Shown: positions 33,185-55,256, counted from the first letter of the stretch. The stretch is 64,000 nt of DNA from the human T2T-CHM13v2.0 reference genome, Homo sapiens (GCF_009914755.1 NC_060931.1), one strand, 5' to 3'. Translations and numbers: made by a program. The notes: generated by a model from the sequence alone, not told the origin.

Positions 33185-33795
33185 TGACTTCATTTTATCT
33201 CGATTACTTCTGTAAAATCCTACCTCAAAATAAGGTCATATATTCATAGGTACTGGGAGCTCGTCATCAGTAACAGAGATCCAGCTGAAGCATTTATTTG
33301 TAGAGAAAACAGGATAACCATCATTTTGCTCACAACTCATGAGGGATAGGACAAAAGGGACATGCCTTTGTTTTTTTTTTTTTTTTTTTTTTTTTGCAAG
33401 GCAGAGAAGTGAATAAAGGAGTACAGAAAACTTAGAGTCAATTTTCTTGGCATTGCCTCTTAATACCATCCAAGCAGTATTTCCTTCTGAGCACACTCCA
33501 GGTTTGGTAGCATTTTTCATGAAGCCCAGACATCATGATTTAAATTTTCTTAACATCCTGATATGGCCTCACCTGTGCTTCCTTCATTCCTTGCTTTATG
33601 GTATCAACTCGACTGTAGATCTCACTGGTCACTTAGGAATAAACAAACCTTCACCTAATCCCTTCAGCTCAGGGGGTTCATTTTCAAATTTGGTGGGAGT
33701 TGGGATCTCAATAAAACAGTTCATTTTCAAATTTGGTGGGAGTTGGGATCTCAATACAACAGTTTTTTTGGGGGGGCACAATTCAAACATCAATA
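33185..33795 (-). mobile_element. MLT1 fragment split by a 433-bp insert
   Basis: aataaggtcat..attcataggtactgggag resumes as tgggagttgggatctcaa...ggggcacaattcaa. Confidence 0.75.
33676..33764. repeat. 43-bp tandem duplication
   Basis: gttcattttcaaatttggtgggagttgggatctcaata(a/c)aaca x2. Confidence 0.95.
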
Positions 33796-34449
33796 TTCCC
33801 TCACCTCTTGACACATTCTGCTTTAGCTCTTGTGCCCACTTTCCTGTCATTAGTCACATAATTGGTGCCAAACAAGCTCACCTCCTTGTCTTTGCTCATC
33901 TCTGGCCGATGCTTTGAGGATGGTTTTAACCACCTTCTGGTTTCCCTTGGATACTGGATCCAGATGGTCTACGCATGGTTCTGTAGATAGTCCCCTGGTC
34001 CAACTTTGTTGGTCCCTGTAGTAAGGCTGGCTTCTTATCTAGGGCCTGATGGGAGTCCTAAATGTGAGATTTTCAAACTACTTATTAGCACCTGCAATGT
34101 TTCATGCATCCGGTCCAAGCACGCAGCTTCATCTCAGTTGTTGCATAAAATTGTTCTTCCCTGCAACTGAGGGTGCATATCATTTCTACTCTCTCTGGAG
34201 TCAAATGTTGAGAAGTGCAGGCATGGTGGGGTGGGGTGGGGTGCAATCTACCAGGTATAGGAAGACCAATGCCCAGAAATGTCAACTATGGGGACAACAT
34301 ACAAGGGATGACGACTTTTTCTCAATCACACAGTGCTGGAAGTGGACAAATGAAAGATATGATAACTTTTGAAAGATTATCCCCCCAAAACTTGTTTACT
34401 TTTAAAAACTAGTATATACCTTCTCATTTTTTCAATTATGCTTCCGTAA

Positions 34450-34767
<318 letters not shown>

Positions 34768-34844
34768 GATCTACTGCAACCAGGAGTTGATCATTATGCT
34801 CTTGGTTTCTGGATTGCTTTTTTAGAGTTGGGGGTTTCAGCCTG

Positions 34845-35120
34845 GGGTTTCTGTCCCCCAGGCTGGAGCATAGTGGCACAGTCATAGCTCATTTCAGCCT
34901 GGAACTCCTGGGCTACAGTGATCCTCCTGCCTTAGCCTCCCAAGTAGCTGGGACTACAGGCACGCACCACTATACCCAGCTAAATTTTAATAATTTTTTT
35001 TGCAGAGTTGGGGTCTTACTATGTTCCCCAGGCTGGGCCCAAACTCCTGGCCTCAAGCCATCTCCTGCCTCTGCCTCCCGAAGTGCTGGGACTACAGCAT
35101 GGGCCACGGCTCCCAGCGCG
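34845..35120 (-). mobile_element. AluJ, tail lost
   Basis: J diagnostics. Confidence 0.85.
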
Positions 35121-35413
35121 GTTTCTGTTTTTAAAGGCTGAGAGTGACTGCTTAAGGAGGCAGGTGGGAACTGTGGGGGATGGGGTTGGAGCCAAGAAGA
35201 AGGACTTTGGGGCTTTTTAAAAGCCAGTGTCTATTTTCAGAAGGGAACAAAACACTCACCAAAAAAGCATGTGTCATCCGGCTGATTCTACACAACATCC
35301 TGGGTGAGTCAAACATGTTCCAGCATCTCTGCTAAACACCATTTCAGAAGAGGGGCACATCTGAGGGGCTGACGGATGCATCCTCTCTGTCGGTACAGCC
35401 TAGACAAGCCTAG

Positions 35414-35875
<462 letters not shown>

Positions 35876-36657
35876 TAGGACATAAATGCAGAATTTGAGA
35901 GCTCAGTAAACCAAGAGGAGAGACACAATGTAGACAAGACGCAGATGAGTCCAGCTTTTGGCAAAGGATACAGCTGGATGCTTTGCTCACTGGACGCTGA
36001 CTGCGTGGTGGAGGAGACAAGAGACTGGAGACCTTTGTGGCTCACTTGCTTCTGACGTGAGAAGCCTGTCGTCATTAAGAGAGATCCAGCTGAAGCATCT
36101 ATTTGTAGAGAAAACAGGGTAGCCATTATTTTGCTCACAATTCATCAGGGGTAGGACAAAAGGACATGGCATTTTTGTTTTTTTTTTTCAAGACAGAGAA
36201 ACAAATAAAGAACTACCAAAAAATTAGAGTCAATTTCCCTGGCATTGCCCCACGACACCAGCCAAGCAGTATTTCATTCTCTTAAGCACCCTCCAGGTTT
36301 GGTAGCAACTTTTCCTGAAGCCCAGAAATCATGATTTAAATTTCCTTAACATCCTGATAAGGCCTCACCTGTGCTTCCTTTATTCCTCACTTGATGGTAT
36401 TAACTTGGCTGTAGACCTCACTGGCCTGTAGGGATAAACAGACCTTTACCTGATACCTTTAGATCAGGGGGTTCATTTTCAAATTTGGCTTCCATCTGGG
36501 TAAGGCTTTCATCGCTAACCCTTGGACTGCAGCTTTCAAAAACTCTCAGGGGTTCACTGCTGCCCAGATCTGGGATGGGGCTTCATGTATGCAGCCCCCA
36601 TGGGAAGGCTCCACCCCATTCCACCCCACCCCACCCAGTCTGTCCTGCCTGGCCTTA

Positions 36658-37088
<431 letters not shown>

Positions 37089-37143
37089 TTAAATTTACTT
37101 TTGACTGTGATAATGCATTTCCTCATTTATGTGTATATGTATA

Positions 37144-37439
37144 TTTTTTGAGGCTGAGTCTTGCTCTGTCACCCAGACTGGAGTACAGTAGTGTGATCAT
37201 AGCTGACTGCAGCCTCGAACTCCTGGGTTCAAGTGATCCTCCCATCTCAGCCTCCTGAGTAGCTGGGACTACAGGCATGCACGACCATGTCCAGCTAATA
37301 TTTTATTTTATTTTATTTTTGTAGCGATGGGGTCTTGCTGTGTTGCCTGGGCTGGTCTTGAATTCCTGGCCTCAAGCCCTCTGCCTGCCTTGGCCTCCCA
37401 AAGTGCTGGGATTACAGGCACGAGCCATGGCACCCAGCC
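37144..37439 (-). mobile_element. AluJ
   Basis: J diagnostics. Confidence 0.9.
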
Positions 37440-37941
37440 AATTTCCTTGTTGTTTAAGGCAGCTTGAGTCAGCCTTATCTGTTATGTTCTGCCAAAGACA
37501 TCATAACTGATTCACAGAGATGAGGGGTGGATCATGCAAATATATACATGCTGGTTTATCAGCTCTTACGGCCCCACTACCCATCTGACAGTGTGCTGCC
37601 CTTTGCAGACCTGTTTGGGAAGGTCCTGTGGAGGGCAGGGAAGACAAAAGGGGAGGGGAAGTTCAGGGATATCAGCCTTACAGCTTCTCTTCTTGGAGAC
37701 TTGTCAGTGAGGTCCTAGTCCAGTAATCTAGGACATGCTAGTTAGAAGACACACTCACAGCACATTGGGATGAGCAGAAGAAGACAATAATGAAGCAAGG
37801 GAAATGTAAACTGCATTTTGCCACAATCAGATCACCTTATCATCATCTTTAAGACCTTGTCCCCTACCTGAGCATTCATTTACTCCAGGTAAAGGCAGGG
37901 TCTCCTCTTTCTCTCATATCCCACGTACCTTTTTCTCTAGC

Positions 37942-38297
37942 TGCTATGGTTTGGCTGTGTCCCCACCCACATCTCACCTTGAATTGTAATGATTGCCATA
38001 TGTCAAGGATGGGGCCAGGTGGAGATAATTAAATCATGGGAGTGGTTTCCCCCATACTGTTCTCGTGATAGTGAATAAGTCTCATGAGATCTGATGGTTT
38101 TATCAATGGGAGTTCCCCTGCACACACTCTCTTGCCTGCTGCCATGTAAGATGTGCCTTTGCTTCTCCTTTGCTTTCCACCATGATTGTGAGGCCTCCCC
38201 AGCCAGGCAGAACTGTGAGCCCATTAAACCTCTTTCCTTTATGAATTACCCAGTCTCGGGTATGCTTTTATTAGCAGTGTGAGAACAGACTAATACA
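37942..38297 (+). mobile_element. THE1 (THE1C-like) solo LTR
   Basis: tgctatggtttggctgtgtcccc...cagactaataca; perfect TSD ctagc. Confidence 0.95.
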
Positions 38298-38329
38298 CTA
38301 GCATAATAACCATCCATCATCCTTGTTGA

Positions 38330-40011
<1,682 letters not shown>

Positions 40012-40117
40012 AGGACTCACATGTCAAAGGTGGAGGATGGGCAACTTGATGAGATATGAAGGGTGATTAGATATAAAGGGTGGGGAGATTCCTGTTAACC
40101 TGACTTAGCAGCATTCT

Positions 40118-41410
<1,293 letters not shown>

Positions 41411-41939
41411 TACTTGCTAAGACCGGGTGATGACGGCCCTTCAAGGTGAGACAGACATGGAAGCCCAAGGTCAAGGTCAAGGTCAAGTTGAAGGGTAAGA
41501 CAAGTGTTCAGAGGAGCCTAAATAAAGTCTGGTCAAGCAGAGGGTCTTTATTGGTCCTTTTTCTTCTTAAGATCATTTCTTCTTGGGTCATCTTTTATTC
41601 CTTATGGACAAGCTGAATGATCTGTTGGGAACTGGTAGTGGAGGATATTTCCTGGATGGTGTGAACCATCAGTTTTCACATGACAGGGACTTTTTGTTAA
41701 GATTCTCCACAGTCATTGTTATTTCTCAGAGCAAAGCATGGAAGATGCAGGAGTTCAGGGTGTTTCCTGAGAAGCCAACACATCAGTAACTCCAGACACA
41801 GAGTTTGTCCATGAATGACCTGTTGTAGTGATTGGTCCTTCAAAGTTTATTTCAAGGCATCCATCTTCAGCTCTTGGATCTTGGGGAAAAGTCAACTACA
41901 AGACAACCTAGAGTCCCAGTAAGGATCTGGGCAGTTAGA

Positions 41940-42237
<298 letters not shown>

Positions 42238-42669
42238 TCTACACAGTTAGATTTTAATGATCGGTGATGCCAAGTCAGGAGAATGAAAGAAAAAGTGGAA
42301 ACATTAATTTGGAAACTTGTAGCCAGATATTGAAGGAAACTGGAAGAATTCACAATTTGGTAAGGATGAATGAAATATGCAAGATGGCAGGATATAGTTC
42401 TACTTTTAGATAGATGAGAAAACCTCTAATGGACAGTACCAGAACCTGATAACCCACAAAGATGTGCTATAGTTTTCCACTGAAACATAAAACTTCCCTC
42501 TACAATTACTCTCTTCCTGCTGGTTTTTTGATCAAAGATAACCAAAGTGAAGTTATCTTGGTTATGAATTCTGGTCTTGTTAGATTTGGTCTGATTATTT
42601 ACATAAGGGCAGCAAGAATGGTAATTGACCACATAAACTTTTTAAGTTTGCTTTGCTAAAAGTTTTTTC

Positions 42670-42967
<298 letters not shown>

Positions 42968-42984
42968 TTAAATAAGAAATCTCA

Positions 42985-43544
<560 letters not shown>

Positions 43545-44061
43545 TCAGGTTCCCCAAATATCCTAAGTTCCCTGGGCCTGCCAGGAGGTGATCTTCATTA
43601 CTCACCTACAGGGCAAGGTTGGGAATCCTGTAAGCCAAGTACCAGGCTTGTTTTCCTAAGAGGGCTTTGTAAAGTTTGGCTTTATAAAGTCAATTTTCAT
43701 TCCTTAAAATGGTCTGATCGTGTCTGATGCCATGCACAGCATTCTCAAATATAATAGTCCAGTCAAAGTCTTGGTTATATAACCAATGTTTCCATTTTTG
43801 CTTATACAAGGACAGATTCTTATTGAACTCATGTAAACAATTATATTGCCAATAAAATAAGATGATTCAGTAAGAGTTTCTGAATTTTGGAAGGATCACA
43901 CAGGGAGAAAATTGTTTCATTTATCTGTCTCAAAAGTATAATCTACTACGTTTTTGTGTGTTTTAGAGGGCTTTAAGAGAAAAGAAAAAGAATTTTCAAT
44001 ATATACACATATTAAACAACTAGCCATGTTCCAACCAAAAGCTATTAAAAAATCATCATCA

Positions 44062-44239
<178 letters not shown>

Positions 44240-44586
44240 TCATCAGTTCTTTTAGTTCCATATAATTAATTTTTTTTCTGCCTGATCTAGGTTAGCCATT
44301 TTATGAACTCATTAGCTTCTCAACTAGAGTTCTAGAAATTCTTAGTCCAATGGTATTGTCTCAAAGTTGTTTAAACAAAGCCATAAAAAGCCAGAGTACC
44401 TTATATAGCCCTTTCCACAGGTCTCTGAGAAAGTCACTTTTTGTTGAAGAGGAGGTACTCTGGCCTGTAGTTGATTTAAAATGCTTTTGGTGAAGAATCA
44501 GAGCTAAAAAAAAAAAAAAAATAACAAAAGACTTAACATGGCCACTGTTAAAGATCTGGTAAGGGTTCATTATAAAAATGATACAG

Positions 44587-45408
<822 letters not shown>

Positions 45409-45609
45409 TAATGTCTCTTCTTAATTGACAATGCTGTTCATGCAATGGAGCAACCAAATGAACCAAATTAATTTTTAGCACTTATCTTTTTACAAGAACT
45501 AAAAAAAAAAGGAACAACAACAAAAAAACCCTTTGAGATTTTCCAGGGTCTTCCAGAAAATCTCAAAGTCAGTTCATAATCAAGAATACTTCATTCAGGA
45601 GTTGATTTG

Positions 45610-45908
45610 GGCTGGGTGTGGTGGCTCACACCAGTAATCCTAGCACTTTTGGAGGCTGAAGTGGGTGGATCACCTGAGGTCAGGAGTTCAAGACCAGCCT
45701 GGCCAACAAGGTGAAACTCTGTCTCTACTAAAAATACAAAAATTAACCTGGTGTGGTGGCGTGCCTATAATCCCAGCTACTCAGGAGGCTGAGGCAGGAG
45801 AATTGCTTGAACTAGAGAGGCGGAGGTTGCAGAGAGCCAAGATCATGCCACTGCACTCCAGCCTGGGTGACAGAGGGAGACGCTGTCAAAAAAAAAAAAA
45901 AAAAAAAA
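45610..45908 (+). mobile_element. AluSx-like
   Basis: Full dimer; TSD aggagtt.a.ttgg. Confidence 0.95.
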
Positions 45909-46068
45909 GGAGTTTAGTTGGGGAAAGCAAAATTGATAAAAATGTCAAAAAGTTTGAACAATTGACTAAATAGGGTTGTAGGTCACCGTAAAGCAGTCCT
46001 TAGCCACCTATTTAACCAAAGTAACAATAAAAGATTTCAAAAGTAACTACAGGAGGTAGCATGGTTGT

Positions 46069-46228
46069 GAAAAATCTTAGCTCATTTTTTATAGGTGTGA
46101 GCCACGCACCAGGGGAAAAAATCATAGCTCTTTTTTTACAGGCATGAGCCACCACGCCAGGGGAAAAATCTTAGCTCTTTTTTTATAGGCGTGAGCCACC
46201 ACGCCAGGGGAAAAATTTTAGCTCTTTT
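46069..46228. repeat. ~47-bp minisatellite (3.4 units) containing an Alu 5'-end remnant
   Basis: Units start at 46069, 46115, 46163, 46210. Confidence 0.9.
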
Positions 46229-46390
46229 AAAAGTGAAAAGACAAAATTCTCTTAAGAACATGGTAAACTTAACATAAAGCACAGAAAATTATTTTGGTAA
46301 GACAGAATCTTTATTCTGAATTCTGGATGTTAAGAATCCATCTAGGTGAATTAATCAAAAGGTAAAGAAAAACTCAGAATTTGTTATTAA

Positions 46391-46786
<396 letters not shown>

Positions 46787-47217
46787 TAAAAAAAAAAAAA
46801 AAGTAATAAATTCATCCAGTCTTGGCCAGCTTTGACCACACGAGATAAGATTCTCTTTACAAGATTTTATGCACATCTTCTACAACTTTGTATATCCTTA
46901 AGGTTGAAAGTTAGCAAAAGATTTGGAAACTATTTTTAGGCAGATATGTTAAAATATAATTATTATGGAAAAGTCCATACCTAAAACTTTTATTCCACTT
47001 ATATCACCCTAATACACATAACACAGAAGACAAATTTGTTTTACTAAACTAATGATGTTAAACCAGTCTTATTTATCAAAGATCTATCTAAATTACATGA
47101 ACTTGAAAATAATTTGGGTCAGTTTCTCTATATCTGAGAGTTTTAGAAATGTTTAATGTATGTTAGTACTTATTTAGCTCTAATTCAATATAACAGGTGT
47201 CCTTGTGAAAATAAGCT

Positions 47218-47361
47218 GACTGGGTGAGGTGGCTCATGCCTGTAATCCCAGGAATTTGGGAGGCTGAGTCAGGAGGATCGCTTGAGGCCAGGAGTTCGAG
47301 GCCAGCCTGGACAGCATAGTGAGACCCCCCACCTCTACTAAAAATTTCTTAAAAATAAAAA
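47218..47361 (+). mobile_element. FLAM or AluJ left arm
   Basis: Single left arm. Confidence 0.85.
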
Positions 47362-47364
47362 TCT

Positions 47365-47932
<568 letters not shown>

Positions 47933-48086
47933 AGGTGCCAAGCCAAGGAGAGGAGTGTGGAATCAATGCACAGAGGAGTTGGTGGAGAAGGCTGAGAAGC
48001 AGTAACTGAGGCAATTGCCAGAAAACCTGGGTTGATTAATCTCAGAGAAGCCAAGCAAAGGAAATGTGGTAAAAAAACAACGGAGA

Positions 48087-49057
<971 letters not shown>

Positions 49058-49329
49058 TCTGAGGGAACATGTGGAAGCCAGGTTTGCTTGAGATGGAACC
49101 TTAGTGCTAGCCCTTCTTCCTGTAGGCTACATCAGATATTTACCATCTAATTCTTATAAAGTGAAAATGCACATCATGAGTGCAGTTTGCCCGTAAGGAC
49201 CAAACTGATTTGTATCTTGCTTCTGAACCCTCTTCTTTAATTAAGAATATGAAAATAAAACTTTTCTTACAAGGAAAAAGTAAAGTATTTTATAGCAGCT
49301 TAGGGAATTGAACTGTTTATTAAAAAGGA

Positions 49330-50690
49330 GGATAATGCAAAATAGAGAATAAATGTAACAAAATTACTCTTAACAAAACAAAACTCTGAAATAAACATAA
49401 GAAAAAAATGTTCCACTTACTGGTAATCAAAAGAATGCAAAATAAGGTAGTGATATGCTTTTTTCTTCTATTGATTTGGGAAAGATTTTTAAATATACAT
49501 GGTAATACCCATGATGGCGAGGTATCCATGTGACTGTACAGTCTAATACAATGGTGGGAGTACATATTATCCCAGCTTTTCTGGATGATGATTTGATAGT
49601 TATATTTTAAAAGTCTTAAGAATATACATAAATGTTGGTTAGGCATGGGGGCTTATGACTATAATCCTTGCAGTTTTGGAGGCTGGTGGGAGAATCACTT
49701 GAGGCTAGGAGTTTGCGACCAGCCTGGGAAACATAGTGAGACCCCATTTCTAAAAAAAAATTTAAAAATTAGTTGGGTGTGGTGATGCATACCTGTAGTC
49801 CCAGCTCACAGAACTTCAGCTTGTGTGATAGAAAGATACCTTAACTCGAAATAATAATAATAAATATATCTATGCATAAATGTTGATCCAGAATTGTATT
49901 TCTAAGTTTTTTCCTAAGGAAATAATTAAAGCAATATGCAAAAACTTTATTATAAGACTATGCATTACAGCATTATTAATACTACCCAAAAATGAAAACC
50001 AATGAATATCCACTAATACAGAACTGATTAAATAAGTTATAATATTACATGGTTAGACAATGTAAAGTCATTAAAATAATGATTTAGGGAACATTTATAG
50101 ACAATGAAGATATTCACAATATATTAATTTGAAATTTAAAAGTATCAAAATAATTTTTATAGAGGGAACCAATAAAAAAGGTTTGTTTTTTAAATTTTTA
50201 TTTCTATAATTTTTTTTAGAGACAAGTTCTCTCTCTGTCACCAAGGCTGGAGTGCAGTGGCGTGATGATGGCTCACTGCAGCCTTGACCTCCTGGGCTCA
50301 AAGGATCCTCCAACCTTAGCCTCCTGAGTAGCTGGGACTACAGGCATGTGTCACCATGGCCAGCTAATGTTTTTAGTTTTCGTAGAAATGGGGTCTTTTC
50401 CTATTGCCCAGGCTGGTCTTGAACTCCTGGACTCAAGCAATCCACCCACCTTGGCCTCTTGAAGTGCTGGGATTACAGGTCTGAGCCACTGTGCGTGGCC
50501 TAAAGAAGTTTTAAGTACCTGAAAGAAAATTACATAAAATAATTAAAAGTAGTTAATTTGGTATAGGGGGATAAAGGATGATTTTAAAATTTTGTTTATT
50601 TTGCTGCTTTGATGTTTTCTTTTTCCTAAAATGAGGAAGTTTGTATTATTATATACTTGAGATGAATCAATACTGTAAATAAGAATTGAG
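49330..50690 (+). mobile_element. Old L1M 3' region, with AluJ fragments at ~49637-49865 (+) and ~50185-50500 (-)
   Basis: ctggtaatcaaaagaatgcaaaataag, ttgatccagaatt, cagcattattaata; A-rich L1 composition. Confidence 0.65.
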
Positions 50691-50964
50691 TCTATTCAAG
50701 AATGGGTTTGAGGGAGAAATGTGTAATTCACTGAAATTTGATCAAAAGATGAGCAGGGAGAAATCCTCTTCTTCAGTCACTTCAATGAGAAAGAAATTCA
50801 TCTACATAAAGAAACTGAGGCCCAGCCAAGGAAGATACTTATTGACATGTGGATTTTTAAAAACTCCCTTTTCCAGAAAACAGGGCAACTCCATGAGAAG
50901 ATCTGAAGATGGCCAATTAAGTGGTTTCATGATGTTGTTGGACAGAATTGAAAATCAAGTACCC

Positions 50965-51280
<316 letters not shown>

Positions 51281-51293
51281 AATAAAGTGCCCA

Positions 51294-51626
<333 letters not shown>

Positions 51627-52358
51627 TCATCTGCAGTTAGTCCTATGCCAATGCAACCAGATGACCACTGTGAGTTGGCAAGGTGCTCTGAGCCCTCTTA
51701 GCAGAAACTATGAATGAGTGTTGACATGCATTTAGAACTCTCTTACCCAGAGCTGTCATATACACGTGTCCTTGTGTATTCTACATAAGGGCACTGGGAT
51801 GAGGGGGTGAGTGGAAGCTGAAATCCAAGCTGTGCTCAGCCATCACCTGGAGGAAGAGATACCATTTGCTAATTTGCACAGAGGGACTGCTCTTACTCAT
51901 AGCTAAGCCACATGCCCACTGGGTTGCATCTTCCTGTGGAGAAGCTCTTTTGTCTAATGCATGCAAAAGCAACAAATGAGATAGTAGTGGCCTTGTCTTT
52001 ATCCCATGTTGAATCTGTTTTATTTTTGTATTTTTTTTAAAAGTCAGGTTAAAATTTATGTAGAGTGAAATACACAAATATTAAGCTTACAATTTAATGA
52101 ATTTTGCCATTGTATAAGCAGGTTTAACTAATACTCAAGATATAAGATATAAGGATAGTAACATCACTCCAGCAAATTCCTTTATGTCATCCTTGAAGTC
52201 AATTTCCAACCCTCAGAAGCAACCCTTGCTGTGACTCTCATCATCATAGACTAGTTTTGCCAATTCTCAAACCTCCTATACACATACCATCATGCGGAAT
52301 ACAATTTTCTGTCTGCAGCTTCCATTTTTCAACATAATGTTAATATTTCTCTATGTAG

Positions 52359-52770
52359 TTATATGTAGCAGTCATTTGTTCTTTTTTATTGCTACATAAT
52401 ATATGAATAAGCACAATTTTCATAATAATTTTCCTATTAATGAACATTTGTATTGACTATCCTGGAAGGAAAGGATATATTCCAGGTGGGCAGATACCTG
52501 AGGTCAGGAGTTTGAGACCAGTCTGACCAACATGGAGAAACCCCATCTCTACTAAAAATACAAAATTAGCCAGGTGTGGTGGCGCATGCCTGTAATCCCA
52601 GCTACTCGGGAGGCTGAGGTGTAGTGGCATGATCTCAGCTCATGCTCGTGAGATTTATATGTAGCAGTCATTTGTTCTTTTTTATTGCTAAATAATATCT
52701 GAATAAGCACAATTTTCATAATAATTTTCCTACTAATGAAAATTTGTGTTGACTCTCCTGAAAGGAAAGG
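52359..52770. repeat. 116-bp direct duplication (52359-52474, 52655-52770) flanking end-less Alu fragments
   Basis: 109/116 identical; insert 52475-52654. Confidence 0.95.
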
Positions 52771-52911
52771 GAATTGACAGACCCTACATTTGTTTCTTCT
52801 TGCCACAATAACCTGTGTTGTCCTCAATTTTGATTATTATATTTAAAAACCGCTATGAGCATTCTTGTAAAGAGCTTTTAGTGGTCTTATACTTTTATTT
52901 CTTTGGGGTAA

Positions 52912-53243
<332 letters not shown>

Positions 53244-53435
53244 GGATATATGCATTTTTAACTTTACAAAAAAATACCCATTTTCCAAACTGGTTGCACC
53301 ATTTTACACCCTCATCAGCAGGGTCTAGTTTCTCCACATTCTTGCCAATATTTACTGTTGCTAGTCTCTATAATTTTAGCCATTCTAATGGGTGTATAAA
53401 TGATATCTTAATGTGGTTTTAAAAAATGTTGAACA

Positions 53436-53757
53436 GGCCAGGAGTGGTGGCTCGCTCATGCCTGTAAACCCAGCACATTGAGAGGCCAAGACGAGTGGTT
53501 CACTTGAGGTCAGGAGTTCGAAACCAGCCTATCCACCATGGTGAAAACCTGTCTCTACTAAAAATACAAAAATTAGTCAGGCATGGTGGCAGGCGCCTGT
53601 AATCCCAGCTACCCAGGAGGCTGAGGCACAAGAATCGCTTGAACGCAGGAGGCGAAGATTGCATGAGCTGAGGTCACACCACTGCACTGCAGCCTGGGTG
53701 ACAGAGCAAGACTGGGTCTCAAAAAACAAAACAAAACAAAACAAAAACAAAAAAACC
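53436..53757 (+). mobile_element. AluS
   Basis: TSD aatgttgaaca. Confidence 0.95.
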
Positions 53758-54009
53758 ACAATGTTGAACACTTTTCCCTGAACTTATTGGTCACTAATAT
53801 CATCTTCTTTTGCGAAATGTCTGCAGACGTTTTTTGCCTATTTTATATTGGGTTGGTTTCCTTTTTGTTATTAAGTTCAAGTTCATGAAGTGGGAAAGTA
53901 CAATTTGTCCACTACTAGGTCACAACAAGGGAGTGGTTATGAAATTCTGTGCAAAGGGAGTGAATAACTGGGGCTAATAATTTAATGTAATTTATTTCGT
54001 TATTTTGAT

Positions 54010-54980
54010 ATTTCAATATAAACTGGACTTAGTCACTGGAGAATTCCCACATTGGTTTTCTGACCCATGGAGTGGAAGTTCTTATGACAGAAAGAAACAA
54101 GTGACGATCCTTAGCACTCCCCCTCCTTCCTGGGTAGTAACTCAAAGAAATGTTGTAATCCTGGGGGAAGAGCGGAGATTAATGCCACCCTAAAAGACTT
54201 GAAAGCTCCAGGATGATGATTCTAGCACATTCCCATTGAATTCTTCTGTTTGGTCCATGCAGAAGGTAGACAGATCTTGGAGAATGACTGTGGCTTATCA
54301 CAAATGTAACAAAATGGAAATTCCAATTTAAGATAGTCTTTCAGATATAGTGGCTTTTCTAGAACACATTCATAAATAACCCCTGTACCTGTTATACAGA
54401 TGTGGATCTACAAAACTTTTTTTTCTATCCTTATCAGTGAAAATTAAAATAAGTTGATTGCTTTCGCATGACAAGGGCAGCAGTATAGCCTCACGGTTTT
54501 ATCTCAGATGTGTATTGACTTTTCTGATCACTGATGTAACAGTCTAAAGAGATCCTGATCATCTTGAGGTACCACAGAACTTTATTTATTTATTTATTTT
54601 TATTTATTTATTTTTTGAGAAGGAGACTCACTCTTGTGGTCCAGGCTTTAGGGCAGTGATGCAATCTCAGCTCACTACAACTTCCGCCCCCTGGGTTCAA
54701 GTGATTTTCCTCCCTCAACCTCCTGATAGCTGGGATTACAAGCAGGCACCACCACACATAGCTAATTTTTGTATTTTTAGTAGAGACGAGGTTTTGCCAT
54801 GTTGGCCAGGCTGGTCTCGAACTTCTGACTCCAGGTAATCCACCCACCTTGGCCTCCCAAAGTGCTGGGATTACAGGCGTGAGCCACCGTGGCTGGCCAC
54901 AGAACTTTATATTAATCCTTTACATTGATGAGCTTGTGCTAATTGGATCTCATAAGGAAGACTCAAAGGCACCTTAGATG
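54010..54980 (+). pseudogene. Decayed ERV-L pol fragment (reverse transcriptase N-terminal half)
   Basis: Translates to NSSVWSMQKVDRSWRMTVAYHKCN (cf. ERV-L NSPIWPVQK.DGSWRMTVDY.KLN), QGQQY, and YIDE at the YIDD position; many stops and frameshifts. Confidence 0.85.
54586..54898 (-). mobile_element. AluS inside ERV-L pol
   Basis: TSD acagaactttat. Confidence 0.95.
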
Positions 54981-54989
54981 AGTCAGTGC

Positions 54990-55104
54990 AGTCAATTTCC
55001 AATTTTTTTTCCTGGCCAGTAGCATTAGCATCACCTGGGAACTTGTTAGAAACAGAAATTATCAGACTCTATCTCAGACCTATTGCATCAAAAACTCTTG
55101 GAGT
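54990..55104. mobile_element. MER5A fragment
   Basis: agcatcacctgggaacttgttagaaa. Confidence 0.8.
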
Positions 55105-55256
55105 GACCAGGCGTGGTGGCTTACACCTGTAATCCCATCACTTTGGGAGGCTGAGGTGAGAGGGCTGCTTGATGCCAGGAGTTTGAGACCAGCCTAGGCA
55201 ACATAGTGAGACCTACCCCCGACCTCCATCAACTCCTACCCCTGTCTCTACAAAAA
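55105..55256 (+). mobile_element. FLAM or AluJ left arm
   Basis: Left arm with a small insert. Confidence 0.85.
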
